Source of the DNA: Epiperipatus broadwayi
Taxonomy: Eukaryota > Animalia > Onychophora
Assembly: GCA_028023455.1 (NCBI GenBank)
Contig: JAQFVV010000005.1
Coordinates: 124,001 to 188,000 of the forward strand
Reading direction: 5' to 3'
DNA: 64,000 nucleotides
Part shown: positions 1 through 13,151 of the stretch, one piece after another
Numbering within the stretch: the stretch's first letter is position 1
How the letters are laid out: every line of letters begins with the position of its first letter
The notes under the pieces: model-generated
What the model was told of the DNA's origin: nothing
What the model saw: the letters and a program-made list of their open reading frames with translations, nothing else
The model's database searches: none
Program-made: the position numbers and the translations under genes

Positions 1-105
1 ATTATTTATCTTTTCTACATGTGTGTGGTCATGTGTATCAGTGGTATGAGATAGTGTGGATAGTTGAAGGGTGCTTGAAAGTCTGTGTTCAAATTCCCTA
101 TATTT
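1..105 (+). mobile_element. 3' end of HHR-repeat family A (cut by window edge)
   Basis: Matches the 3' part of the copies at 10545-10650 and 19435-19540 (attatttatcttttctac...gaaagtctg...cctata). Confidence 0.8.
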
Positions 106-290
106 ATAATACCTTTGTTTGCAAAAAATGTTTGAATATTTTTTCACAATACAATGAAAGATTTGTCTTACAGCCTCCCATAAATAAACCACAAGAGAAA
201 TAACCCAATTATTAAATAGGGAGAGTTTGCAAATTTTCCTGATTTTGCTTTACTCTCTAGCTAAGAACATGTTAATGGGTTAAAAGATAT

Positions 291-1290
291 ACTTAATAAC
301 CTCCACTCCACCATACACTTTTAAAAAACATGAATAAATGTACCATAAAAGACAAAAGACCCCAAAATGCATTTTGTATTGAACCAGCACTCAATCAGTT
401 GACTCAGGCCACAATTATTCACATTATGTTCAGTATTTATTAATAGTAAATTACTACAGTTTGATTTATTAGTGTCAGAATTTTTGAACTCATAACTTTG
501 ATGCAAACCATTTTATGTAAATAAATTAATGATTATTACTAATAATTTATTAAACTAGATATTATCCCTAGCCCAGATATAAACTTTGAACCTTAGCTAA
601 AGATTAATATATCTTTTTTAATTAAACACATACAAACATGGAGTAAAATAATTTCATTTCTCTTTTCCTATATGTAATATATACTTAATAACCTCTATTT
701 CACCATACACTATTGAAATAAATGAATAAAAACATTACAAAAGACACATGACACCCAAAATACCTTTAAGTGCTGAACCAGCACTTATCAGTTGGCTCAG
801 GATAAATATATTTATCAATTTCAACTTACAAGTGTCAAACATTCCACTCCCAATTTTAACATGATCTATTCCAGATTAATACATTAATGATTATCACTAA
901 TCATTTATTAAACTAGAGATTATATCTAATCCAGATATAAACTTTAAACATCAGCATGAAATGCATCTTGGGAGTCATTTATCTTTTATGATGTCTTTTT
1001 ATTCATGTGTTTGAAGATTGTATGGTAAAATGGAGATTAGTAAGTACAGTACATCTATAATAGATATTACATGTGGGAAAAGAGATATGAAATCGAATTA
1101 TTTTATGTGTGTGTTTAATTAAAAAAACAGATATGTTAACCTTTAACTAAAGTTTAAAAGTTTGTATCCATGGTGATCTTTAGTTTAATAAATGATTATC
1201 ACTACTCATTAATGTATTTATTTAGAGTGGATCGTGCCAAAATTATGGATGGAGTAAGTTTGATACTTGTAAAGTAAAATATAGCAATTT
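291..1290. mobile_element. Stack of HHR-repeat family A2: two tandem minus-strand units (~390 bp period) plus one inverted unit
   Basis: 291-680 and 685-950 are similar. 952-1290 is their reverse complement. Decayed HHRs at 362-402(-) and 755-795(-); a half HHR (cagcatGAAATGCATCttgg) at 952-971(+). Confidence 0.75.
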
Positions 1291-1312
1291 AATGGTTTAA
1301 CTATAAGTTTTA

Positions 1313-1413
1313 GTCAAGCGTTGATGGCCGAGTGGTTAGCACAGCTGCCTTACAAGCAGTTGTCCCGTGGTTCGCTTCCCGCCCCACGCTTTGACATATT
1401 AAAAAAAAAAAAC
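1313..1413 (+). mobile_element. tRNA-derived short SINE, copy 1
   Basis: A box TGGCCGAGTGG, anticodon-like arm GCTGC-CTTACAA-GCAGT, B-box-like GGTTCGCTTCC, A tail; 13-bp TSD actataagtttta (1300-1312, 1414-1426). Confidence 0.85.
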
Positions 1414-1621
1414 ACTATAAGTTTTATATCTGAAAAACAAAAAACAACTTCAACCTGATTAGAATCTAAAAAAAATTTATGTTTACCTGGTTTGAATTCA
1501 AACTTCTCATTAAAGCAAATCAGATAGAAGCAATACTTTTGCACCATAAGATTTTGTAATTAAATGAATACTCTTTTATATCCATTCATCCAAAATTTTT
1601 AACTAAATAATTCTAATTTTT

Positions 1622-1727
1622 TTTTTTTAAATTGTCATAGCATCGGCCGGGACGCGAACCCGCAACCCGAGCAACTGCCTGCAAGTGCAAGGCAGTCGCG
1701 CTGACCTCTCGACCACCAATGCAAGAC
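1622..1727 (-). mobile_element. tRNA-derived short SINE, copy 2
   Basis: Reverse complement of the same family with a T-run tail; TSD aattctaattttt (1609-1621, 1728-1740). Confidence 0.85.
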
Positions 1728-2699
1728 AATTCTAATTTTTATTAAAATAAATATAAAAGAAGACTATTTCATAGATGTGTAGATAAGAGTTTGAACTATA
1801 TAGTAATGATTTCTTAATAAAAGTAAAACCAACTCAAACTTAATGTTGCTAATTTATTTGAATTTAATTAAATTGAAAGAGAAATATTTCTTCTTAATAG
1901 ATTAAGAGAAATCGTTTTTAAATAATCCATTATTGGTCTATGATCTCCCGAACATCCCCACAGAAAACAAGTGTGTGTGGGGGTGGACGGGGTAGTAATC
2001 ATCCAGGCTTGTCAGTTGTTAAATGCTGAGGATTTATGTCGCATTTCATTTTTGTTTTATCTTCTATGGATTGGCTATATGAAAAATAAAATTCTAAGCC
2101 GATTGAAAATTGTTTCAATTCACTTGGCTTGTACTAGAACTGTGGAAGCTAGATATGCTTCCATTGTATCAAGAGGTTTTTGATTTATTCTTATTAAAAT
2201 CAAAAAACTTATTTATTTGGACCTAATAATGGCATTTTAATAAGTGACGATGTTTTGAAATTAATTCCATAGAAATTGGCCATAAAGTAATTAAACAATG
2301 AAATATGGGTGATTATTTATCTTTTAAACATGGGTGGGATCAAGTGTATCAGCGGTATGAGATAACATGGATGGTTGAGAATCGTATGAAAGTCTGAGTT
2401 CAAACCCCTATATATTACATATATAAGTGCAGGTATGAAAAAGCCTGTATTGTAGAGCAAAAAATCATATTTGAAATTAAAAAATATTTAAAAATAAGGG
2501 CTTGTCATTGTGTAATGGGATAAAGTATAATTATATACTTTGGAATAGCAAACCACAAAATTAAAATTTTATTTTGTTTATATTATGAAACGGTTCAATT
2601 TATTGAAAAGGATACACTGTTATGAAATGTTAATGGTAAAAGAAGATTATAAGATGGATAAACTTCATCATCACAATAATGAATGCACCTTTAAGCAGC

Positions 2700-5600
2700 C
2701 ATGTTTACTCTCTGTAGAGCAATCTTCACCTAGAAAACACAAAATTACTTCAATTTAAAATTGAAGTTAGTGTATATTAAAATCAAAAATGGAGCAGACC
2801 CAACATTCTTCAAATAATGGCTATCTTTTAAAATTACTGGATTTATATTGATTACTTATATAATACATTGAAAGCACATTTTTGCTGCTTTTGTTTTAAA
2901 CCATCTTGTAAAGCAAACAACTTCCAGTTGTAGATAGATAGTTCAAATGATATTATAATCACAATTCAGATACATAATTTTTATGTACGCAATATTGATG
3001 TCTACTAATACAAACTGTCCCTATCTTTCTTTTCCAGGTATTCCTATATCTTTTGCATTTATAGAAGATTTCAATTCTCATAGTAATCTTTGGGAATATG
3101 TAAATGAGAATCCATCATCAACTTTTTAGCAATGTATGGACTTAAAATTGTTATACATTTATGATGCCAAATACGAAGGTAAATTCCTTTCTGGTAGACA
3201 GAGAACAACTTCTGATATATGCTTTAATTCACCAAAAATGAGTTATCATTATCTGATTATTGATATTGGATTAATTGCCCCATGTCTATAGTTGAAAGAT
3301 ATCCTGTTTTGAAATAGAATTTAAGAAAAGCTGACTGGAGACAATTTACAAGATATCTCAATAAGAATACTAATATAATCTTTCCAATTCCATTTTGTTA
3401 TGATAGGTTTAGTAAATTCTTAATAAGAATTTCAAGAGAATCTACCTTTCATAAGTAACAAAGGCCATTTATTTCAGATTAGAACAAAATCAGAAATGAT
3501 CTTTACAAACTTATAAAATTATTGATGAGGCCAGAAAATAAGGATGAAGGAAGACTGTGGTGAAGTAAAATTTTACAAGATCTAATCATGTTCTGATTAT
3601 TTTTACAAATGCTTAGTGGCTGTAAAAGTACTTCTAAAAGAACTACTACTCTTAACTAATAATGAGATTGCCAATATCTTATATATCAGACTTTTAAACT
3701 CAAGATTGATAGAATGATAAAAAGCAACATTAGAGCTGAATTGAAAACTGCTCTTTCTCAATGTTACATTAATATCAGTCTGATAGATATTTGTAGATAC
3801 TGATGAACTTGAATTTTCCCTTGTCTTAATCCAGAAAAAATCCCAGGAGCAGATAGCATATTTCTACAGCTTCTAAAAAGTTTCAGACCTAGAGTCAAAG
3901 CATGTTTAGCAAAACTAATCATCAACATTATTCATAAAGAAAAAATTCCATAAATTTATCATAAAAGCAAAACTAGAAGTATTAAAATCAAATATTGCTG
4001 GAATAACCTAAAGTGTTCCATATAAAGAATTTTGAAAAAATATTAACAAGAATTTTGTCAGTAGTTGAGAGTCATCTATCTATAGGGCAGATTAGCTTTA
4101 GGTTAGAAAGAGGCAATTATAAATATGTTTTATTTTTACAACTTATATTAAAAAAGGCAACTTATAACTCTATTTTAAAAAATAATGTAAAAATTTCTAA
4201 AATTCTTAAATGCTGGAAATCATTAATTTACTTGATAAATTGTTATCCGATAGAAAAATTCAAATGATACATCTAAATCTACTCATATGCACAATATTGT
4301 CCTCCTCAGGGTTTAGTTCTCTCACTTTATTTAATACATTTATCAATGATTTCCCCAAAACAAAATGCAGTCAATTCATTTATGTATTGTTTTGATTTTT
4401 CAAAGAGATCCTTTCCTAAAATAGTAAAGTCTTTCAAAAAGATTGGAAATCTTTGTTTAAGGACTTGGGTTTTATTCCTGAATCAATTAAGATAGTAATC
4501 TCAATTTATTATTTTAGCAAGAGGGAATCTGATTATAATCTTTTAAAATAATAGCCTGAAAGATCCTGCTCTATGCTATTTAGGAATAATCTTGAATTGT
4601 AGCCTAAATTATTTTACTCACTAAAATTAAATTTCTAGGACAATTTTCGTAGCACTAGTTGGGATTGAGGTGTAAATTCTTTAAAGATAATTTCTATAGC
4701 AGAGGTTGGCAACCTTTTAGATATTGTGGACCAGCGGTCGGCAATCTTTTAAATATTGCAGACCACTAACATAATTTTTAAAGTTATGAATTAATACGAG
4801 TATTGAGTATGATATACATATATGTTTATTGATATGTTTTATAATTTGTTAAAGAATTATTTTTATTTTTTATTAATATAATGTTCATTTTATTTCACAA
4901 AAATAAATGAATGTATAAATACGTATTTGTTATGTTTTATATGTATAATTTTTAAATTCGTATCTATAATAATTATTTAAGATTAATAATGAATAGTAAT
5001 TTTTATAGATGTGTTTTTCCCCAAAATTCTTAATAAGATTTTTGAGTTTTAGTTCACCCAATATTTAAAGGTGTGCTGTAATCAAAATTGATGCCTAGTC
5101 AATTGTACCGAATTCGGTATTCTTATTTTATTACTTTTTCTATGCCACTAGCTAATTAAACATGTTTAATGCAGATGTTTTGCAAGACACAGTTGCCATA
5201 GTCAAAACTGATGCCTAGTCAATTATACAGAATTCAGTATTCTTATTTTGTTACTTTTTCTATGCCAAGGACCGAGTTGGGATTAATTAAACACCTTTGA
5301 GGTATGCAAGACACAGTAGTATTTTATAACAAATCAATTAGCAATATAATGTTCGTTCTATTTTACATATAATAATATAGCTTTAATAAAATTTATTTTC
5401 TATTTAAAAATTTTATTAAATGAGCTTAGCGAATTTAAATATCTTAATTTTTTTTTGTGGACCATTAAAATTATGTCATGGACCACTGTTCTATAGTATT
5501 AGCATATTCTACTTGTGAATATTGTTCTGCATAGAACAAAGTTCCCACAATAAATTACATGATACTCAAATATTACTATGACAAATAATACTGGTATACT

Positions 5601-6070
5601 TAAATCTATTTCTTTTCAATAGCTTCCTGTTCTTTCACATGTTACGCTGCCAGATTTTAGAAGTTGTTTCAAAGAAAATGCATAAAAAATTGTTAAGCAG
5701 ATGAACTTGCCAAGAACTCAAAATATAGTTTTACTGGCTAAGACTCATCTCAAAACAAGATTTCCTTTTGAATGTTCATCCAAAAATTAACAATCAAAGA
5801 GTTTTTTTTATAACAAATGGAATTCTTATTAAGTTTCAACCATTTTTTCTTCCATATCTAACAGTAAAGCCAGCTGGGTTTGATCTTCCTAGATGTAACT
5901 GAAGCCTCATCAACAGATTCAGGGTAATCTTATGGTTATTATGTTAATCTGCTTCATGAATGGAATTTACCAGTGATCTATGTAAATATGGCCAAACACA
6001 AATTATGAAATACATAGTTAAAGAGTGCCATATCTATGGGTACAATGGCTGAATTGAATGATGAATCCAC
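2700..6070 (+). mobile_element. Decayed Vingi/Ingi-like LINE (APE + RT), interrupted by a hAT MITE
   Basis: Translated remnants: FAFIEDFNSHSNLW (EN, ~3050), EKIPGADSI (~3840), PQGLVLS..TLFNTFINDF (~4300), PAGFDLPR (~5870), DLCKYGQTQIMKYIVKEC (~5975). Many stops and frameshifts; boundaries approximate. Confidence 0.65.
4700..5488. mobile_element. hAT-superfamily MITE
   Basis: Starts CAGAGGTTGGCAACC, ends GACCACTG; 8-bp TSD ttctatag (4692-4699, 5489-5496); internal ~120-bp duplication at 5080-5330. Confidence 0.75.
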
Positions 6071-6476
6071 TGTTTAATCTTTTTCTTAGTTGGAGTTTCT
6101 ATAAATTCCTTTATGGTATTTTGGTTAATAGTTAAATTAAAAAAATCCATATGCTACGTAAATAAATAATTATTATTCAGAGATCAGACTCAACTTGATA
6201 TCCCATAATAATAATAATTGTCAGAAAGTATGTAATAAATAAGAGTTAGATTAAAGTAATAAAAAAAGCTAGAGACTTTAAATTACAGCAAAGATTTTCA
6301 TTGAAGATTGTAAACATTGCTTAATGTATTGCATGGTTTCATGCAATAAAATGAAGCAAGCATAGTTCTGTTACTGCCAGCACTCAAATTTTTTATGAAC
6401 CTCTAAACAATAAAGCTATTTGGTTATTGTTATTATAACACAATTCTTCTGTGAGATTTACTTTTAATTTGCTTGA

Positions 6477-7070
6477 ATCCATTGATTACTCTGGCTTGCA
6501 CTGAGTGGAGCGACTGTATGGAGAGTTTAACCTCTGTGTAAATAACTTGTGTAAGCACAAAAAATGGTGATCATGTAATGTTTACTGATTTAAAAAAATT
6601 ATCATTTAGAATTTTTTTTATAAATTTGTTAATTTTGAATTTAGTGCCCACTTTGCTTGAAGCTTTTGGCAACAATTAGTAATTAAAAGTTTGAAGAAAA
6701 TAATATATTTGAAGTCTTTATACTGAATTTTTTTTATCACTATTTAATAAACAAAATGCATTCAACTAGATATATAAAAAATACACATTAGGCTAAACTC
6801 TCCACATAGTAGCACCACTCAGTGCAAGCCAGAGTAATCAATGGATGCCAGAAGGCTTGTGCATAAAATCCCTAGCTAGTGCCTACTCATTCAATATCCT
6901 CAGACTAGTTTGTGGCTTGTGGCCTTCATCAGTGAGGAGTCTTTGATCTGAGAGCACTGCATGTAGATCTTAGGATGTAATGCAATCCTCCAGTAGCCAC
7001 ATTTTTACTTATTAGCTAACTATAAACATAAGGAATGGTAAACATGTGATGTTTAGTGGTTATATAAAAA
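6477..7070. mobile_element. HHR-repeat family C composite (inverted fragment 6477-6600, main copy 6790-7070)
   Basis: Shares gcaagccagagtaatcaatggatgcc...catcagtg...gatcttagg with copies at 8335, 13000, 27440, 38790, 44720 and 50020. Confidence 0.8.
6898..6937 (-). ncRNA. Type I hammerhead motif, family C (G12 mutated)
   Basis: Minus strand: CCTCA CTGATGA AGGC-CACAA-GCCA CAAA CTAGT C TGAGG; perfect 5-bp stem I, palindromic helix III ACTAGT, GUC site. Confidence 0.7.
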
Positions 7071-8334
7071 TTATATAAATAGCACACTGTAGAAAATGCC
7101 TTGACTAAGAAATAGTGAAAGAGTAAATATATCCATTATTTCTCACTGATAAGGATTTTTGATTTATTGTTTCCCTATGACTAACAATAGCTAAATAACC
7201 ATATCAGCCATAGATAGGATAATTATCCAAATCAGCCAGTTAAAAGAAAAAAAATCAAGCCTATTTGAATTTACCTGGATCTAAATTCTAGTCAAACTGT
7301 ATACAGTTAGTGGATGCTCTAACTCAGGGGTTAGAATTTTTTTTTTTCCAAATATTTATTAAACAAGTACAATGTTTACAGTGACAATTATGTATACATG
7401 GTAAATTGAAAAGGAAAGCTAGAATTACAAACATAAAGAAGAATTACATGATTATAAATAAATATAAGATAGTATTATTCTGGGCAAGAGGTAAACCTGA
7501 ATACCTGGTCTATTGTTAACACACAAGTAGGCCAATTAAGTTCACCCAACTCACCTAGACAAATTGTCTCACACTACCAAGAGTCACTTAGTCAATCTAG
7601 AGTTTGGTCAGATCACCATTGGAAAAATCACTACAACTATGAAGGCTTAGGTATTTATGCTAAATCTGATATGTTCTGTTAAATATTATTCATTTTGATA
7701 ACATAAGGATCTGAACTTCTGATTATTAACAAAACCACTTTCAGCAATATCTTAGACAGAAAAAACAAAGCATTTTACCAGCAATCATTCCTTCAATGCA
7801 AACAGAGTCCATGTTTCCTCAAATAATACTTTAGGAGCTAGGAGCATGTCACAGTTTTTAAATTTTATAAATTTATTCAGAAAGAATTTTTCCTCTTGAA
7901 TTGCACCGGGATTGAAAACCATTTTACAATGAGTAGACCAGAATGCATAGTTGATGAATAATGAAAGCCTAATAGTAGGGATGGATCTTGTCTTAATACT
8001 GTCCTTAAGAGAGATAACAGGGTAAAAATTCACTTTAAGGTTATCAGCAGATTTATGATAAGAGACATTATGGGAAATTTGTAAACTTAAATATATCCAA
8101 TTCATATTTAAGTCAATTTTATTAATTCAAATTCTTGTTCCTAAACTTTCATATTTGAAATATCACATTTAGTTACTGATTTTTACATATATTTAAATAA
8201 GAACATTATTGTGGGATTTGCTACTAAGTATCTCTAGTTAAATTAACACACTAAAATATCATATGACCATTATTTCTTATGCTTACCCAATCTAAACAAT
8301 AGAATTCTCTCTTAATTATAGCATCACCTAGTGA

Positions 8335-8470
8335 AGCCATAGTAATTAATGGATGCCAGTATCAAAATCCCTATCTAAGGTCTACTTATCAAATATCCCT
8401 GAGGCTAGTTTCTAGCTTGTGGCCTTCATCAGTAAGAAACTTTGGACCTGAGAGCACTGCATCTAGATCT
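8335..8470 (-). mobile_element. Family C fragment with hammerhead motif at 8397-8436
   Basis: Minus strand: CTGATGA AGGC-CACAA-GCTA GAAA CTAGCC; cleavage triplet mutated from GTC to GCC. Confidence 0.7.
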
Positions 8471-9994
8471 TGGATTTTTGTACTGGGTGGCACTATTGTT
8501 TGGAAAGAATTGCTATTATCTCCAGTTAACTTATTAGAACCTGACATATAATAAAATTTCTGGTATATCATCTTTAAAAAAAGAGTTATGAAACAATAAG
8601 TCAAAATCCAAAGTGTATTTTGAGATCATATTTTGATATTTTAGCAACATTCAGTTGTGATTTAAAATTACGTCAATTTCATATTCAAAGACTTCTGCAT
8701 AATTGCACCAATATACTGGAAGGGGGGGGGTGAGCAACAACAACTGATCAATGTAATAAAAAAAAATAGATAAGTACATGTGACAGGCCATTTATAATAT
8801 GACTTTCAAATATTGGTAGATAATAACAAGAGTTTAAAAATGCTTCACAAGCTCCTGAGAACCATATTACTAATCATTGCTTTATTTACATCATTAGACC
8901 CTTTACAACACTATTATTCACATTTAAATTTTATAGTGAATTAAAACTTGTGAAACAATTGACTTCATTGTATTCCATAATCATGTCAAGTTTGTCTAAT
9001 AAATAAGAATATTTGAGCTATATTTATAATAAACACTTTCCCCACAAATCATCTAAACTGTGAAATTAAGAGCTTTATTATTATTATTTTATATAAGAAA
9101 CAACTTTAAAAAAAACACTACATGCCTCTTCAAAGTTAATTTTATGACCAGCAGCTTGCCTTGAGCATGCAAAAAAGGTAAATAATGAGCTTAAAGTTTA
9201 TAGGAGCATGAGACCACATACTTCTCAACAATGGATATCAAAGAGATATCAGTTTATAGTATTTTGGTTTTTAATAGTTAATGCAGTGACATTAATCCTA
9301 CCAATGCAGATTATTCTAAGTCTTTTATTACTAACTAATAATATTTAAATACTCATTTACAGACTAATACTGGATGATGACTTAGTTTAACTATGGGTCA
9401 GACACCTGAAAGAAAAATTTAATAGGCCACCTTATGACCTAGAAGCATTTTCCAAGATCCACAAAAACTAAATTTGAATTTATGATTTTCGGAGATGATC
9501 TGAATAGAATTAAATGAATGTAAAACAGAAAGTAGTTTTTTGTTTATTATATAAAAATCATTTACATTCAATCGATACCTTAAGAAATAATTCTAGACAA
9601 ATTAGAAACGAAGAGAACAAAACTATATTTTAAATAGCAAAAAAAATAAATAAAACAATAACAATCATACAATACCTTCAATAAATTAACATTTTTATTA
9701 GTAGGAAGAAGGCCTTTTATATCATAAAGAGTCTATGTCAACATGATCACATGTAAAGATATAATTTTAACAGCAAATTCATGCAATTCACAAATTTAAA
9801 AAAAAAAAAAAAAATTTCCTCTAAATATTTTTAGACAAATTAATTAAGATTTGAAATACAGACATTCTTATACCTGGAACTTAATTGTAAATATAGGGGA
9901 TTTGAACTCAGATTTTCAAGCAACCTTCAACTATCCACACTATCTCATACTACTGATACACATGACCACACACACGTAGAAAAGATAAATAATC

Positions 9995-10038
9995 ACCAAT
10001 GTACGTATTTCATGCTGAACCAGCACTCATCAGTTGGT
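9995..10038 (-). ncRNA. Type I hammerhead motif, family A
   Basis: ACCAA CTGATGA GTGCTG-GTT-CAGCAT GAAA TACGTAC A TTGGT; core intact, U16.1 appears mutated to C. Confidence 0.75.
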
Positions 10039-10501
10039 TCAGATTTTCATCTCCCACACACACATATATAATCAGTTCTCAGTTTATATTAAGATAGCAA
10101 ATCTTTATATTTTAATGCACAGGCTTCAATCTACTCCAACTCTTCAGTCATCCATACCATTGAAAATCTGCTACCACGCTAATGTCAATATTGTTGTTAT
10201 GCCCATGTTGACCTCAAGTCAAATCTTACATAAGCCTGCATTCTGCCCACCCCTCTTCTATATATTAAAATGGATACTGTCCTATACATGAAAGGTCAGA
10301 GTGACTTAAGGCCAACATGGGCATAACAATATTGGCATCAGTATGGAATTTGGGCATTCTATTATCATATTTTCAATGGTATGGATGGCTGAAGAGTTGG
10401 AGTAGATTGAAGCCTGTCCATTAAAGTATAAAGATTTGCTATCTTAATATAAACTGAGCACTGATTATATATATATATGGGTGTGGGAGATGATAATCTG
10501 G

Positions 10502-10545
10502 ACCAACTGATGAATGCCGATTCAGCACAAAATACCTGTATTGGT
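10502..10545 (+). ncRNA. Decayed hammerhead motif, family A
   Basis: ACCAA CTGATGA ATGCCGATTCAGCAC AAAA TACCTGTA TTGGT; GAAA changed to AAAA. Confidence 0.6.
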
Positions 10546-10759
10546 GATTATTTATCTTTTCTACAGGTGTGTTGTCCTGTGTATCAGTTGTATGAGATAG
10601 TGTGAATAGTTGAAGGTTGCTTGAAAGTCTGAGCTCAAATCTCCTATATTTACAAATTAATTAAATAACTCTTTAGAAAGATATTAAATTATTCATTTCA
10701 CAATTTGGAATGAGAGAAAGTCACTCTTGATTTATATCAGCCAGTAACAAAGAAGAATG

Positions 10760-11200
10760 CTCAGGAACTTTTATCTTGGATGGTTGCTAACTTAAGAATG
10801 TAAACTAGTTTAAATACCTTGGTAGTTTTATAGATAGAAAAGTAGACTAAGATGATGAGTTGCAACATAGAGTCCAAGTTAAAAGATAGAATAACTTTGT
10901 CAACTAATTTAATTACATATTCAACTTGTTGGATATGATACTATTAAATCCACTATTGTAAATCATGTTTTTGTTGGATTGGATATATATATAGTGAATG
11001 AACAATGTGTCTTCCTAAAAGGGTATATTATGGTGAATTTGTGTAAGGTTTTCATGAGAAAGGTAATCCCATCTACATTGTAATGATTATCTCAAAGACA
11101 TTATAAAGAAGTGCAGCATTTATTGTTTCCATTGGGTAAATATGGCAGAGAATAGAATACACTGGAGAGCTACAATTAGATCTGATATTGAAGTATTTCC
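10760..11200 (+). mobile_element. RTE-like LINE 3' fragment
   Basis: Similar to 19650-19950; remnant translation FKYLGS...MAENRIHWR. Confidence 0.55.
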
Positions 11201-11523
11201 AGAAGAAAAGTTTTCTGCTGAGGAAGCTAAAAGACCTCATCATAAAATAACAAAGTAAAAAAATGGGCCAGCTTATTCTATAGTGGGAAATATTTGTGAT
11301 TCACAGGTATAGTCATCACAAAATTCATTTCTGGAAGTTTTTTTTAATCTCCTTTTATTTGTGCGAGTGCAATTGAAACGGCCAGATTCACTTACAAGTG
11401 ATTGTTTGTTATAATTAATAATGATAGAAATTTTTTGATAATGATAGCCCAAATTTTTTGAAACGATTTCGCTTCTTAACAATTCAAATAAATATAGAAA
11501 TAATAACAAACTTACATCAATTT

Positions 11524-11606
11524 GTCAAGCATTGGTGGTCGAGTGGTCAGCACAGCTGCCTTACAAGCAGTTGTCCCGGGTTCTCTCCCCGGCTGATGCT
11601 TTGACA
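11524..11606 (+). mobile_element. tRNA-derived short SINE, copy 3 (tailless)
   Basis: Cloverleaf-like: GCATTGG/CTGATGC acceptor stem, TAC anticodon loop, CCGGG/CCCGG T stem; 16-bp TSD aaacttacatcaattt (11508-11523, 11607-11622). Confidence 0.85.
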
Positions 11607-12988
11607 AAACTTACATCAATTTAAATCAATCAACGGAAATATTAATTCCAATTTTTAAAAGTAAAAAAAAAAAACTCCTTAAATATCGCGTTTCAATTAG
11701 AAACACGTTTAATATATAAATTAGGCAAAAGAAATGAAATATTATTATTATATGTAATCCACTGCAACATTCTGAATTAAATGATTTAACTGGAAAAATA
11801 TTTCAATTTATTAGACTGATATTGAGCAAAATGATCACATTGAATATACATGATATAATCTTTTCAACAGTACTGCATTAAGACATTACCTATTTAGCAG
11901 TAATTGGATATGAATATACATATTCTTTCTTCTACATGCAATTAATGCTATATCATAAAAGTCTAATCCCTGTTCCAGATTTATTGTAAGACAATATGAT
12001 ATAGGCCAGTTAAAAAATAATACGTATTAAGTGGAATATTAGTGTGTTGTTATTGAGATACATAACAGTGGTTAAAACAGAATATGGTTAATGCAAACGG
12101 CATTCCAACTATCTTAAGAAATACATGGCCCAATTAAAAAAATATATGTAATTCTAACACCAACTTTAAATTTATAATCATGTATACCAAACAATGACCA
12201 TGGATGAACATATAAATACTTTAACTAGATAACTACTAAGGGAAAGAGCTGATGTAACGATCAATGAGCAATGAATAGTTTCTTTAGAATTAAAAGTAAT
12301 AATCATAATTGTTTTCATAGAAATAGAAGATTACTGACTAATTAAAGGACTTTGTACGCTATTGTAAAACACAATAGGCATGTACCAGTATCTGAAATAA
12401 GAAAAGGTATTACTATGTCTCTTTATTATTTCGTTATATAGAGAAGTTCTAAAATGCATATATATGTAATTAAAGATATTAATTTATGTGTTATGTTATA
12501 TTGCAATGATAAGAAAACAATATTATTTTAAGTTATTGTGTTTATTAAATAACAAGTTTAAACATTTGTTTTGTTTTCTAAATAACAATCAGATTGCAAA
12601 AATAAGCATTTATATTGAGGCCAATCAAACGTGATCCAAACAAAGATCAAGATATAGAAATTTCAGAGAGAAACAATGAAATAAGAGAGGATACCAGCAA
12701 AAAAGATAGAAATAATCTGGTCTGATTCCATGATTAAGTACTTAAGAAAATCTAGGATTTGATCTATACCTTATTATTTCAGTAAGCTTTTGAGCTAATT
12801 AGATATTATCAAAGTACATGCATAGTTCATAATATGTATTATTACTTTTTTGATGTTTGATTTTATTATTTGTAACAAACTTCATAATTAAATTATTCTT
12901 AATTTAAAACACCAATATTCATATATATATATATTTAGTTTTAACAACCAGAAGGCAATTAAATTCTATTAAAAGAAATCTTCAGTAC

Positions 12989-13151
12989 AACAGACAAAAC
13001 TCTTCATACAGTAATGCCACTCAGTGCAAGCCAAAGTAATCAATGGATGCCAGAAGGTTTGTGCATAAAATCTCTACTGTATGGAGAGTTTTGCCTGTTT
13101 CAACAGCTTGAACAAGCATAAGAAATGGTGATCATGTAATGTTTAGTGATT
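12989..13151. mobile_element. Family C inverted composite with 13-bp TSD
   Basis: An antisense piece followed by the sense 3' piece; TSD aaatcttcagtac (12976-12988, 13152-13164). Confidence 0.8.

Larger units (their letters stand above)
9885..10655. mobile_element. Fold-back element: two family A monomers head-to-head
   Basis: 9885-10168 is the reverse complement of 10369-10655; 10185-10230 pairs with 10295-10335; HHR motifs at 9995-10038(-) and 10502-10545(+). Confidence 0.85.

Noticed and set aside
264-323. EHVNGLKDILNNLHSTIHF resembling a Penelope RT motif
   Set aside because: Very short, antisense to the adjacent HHR, and partly inside the non-coding repeat; likely chance.
11530-11601. 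Functional tRNA-Val(TAC) gene
   Set aside because: Poor D stem, T loop TTCTCTC instead of TTCRA, a TSD, and membership of a repeat family indicate a SINE.
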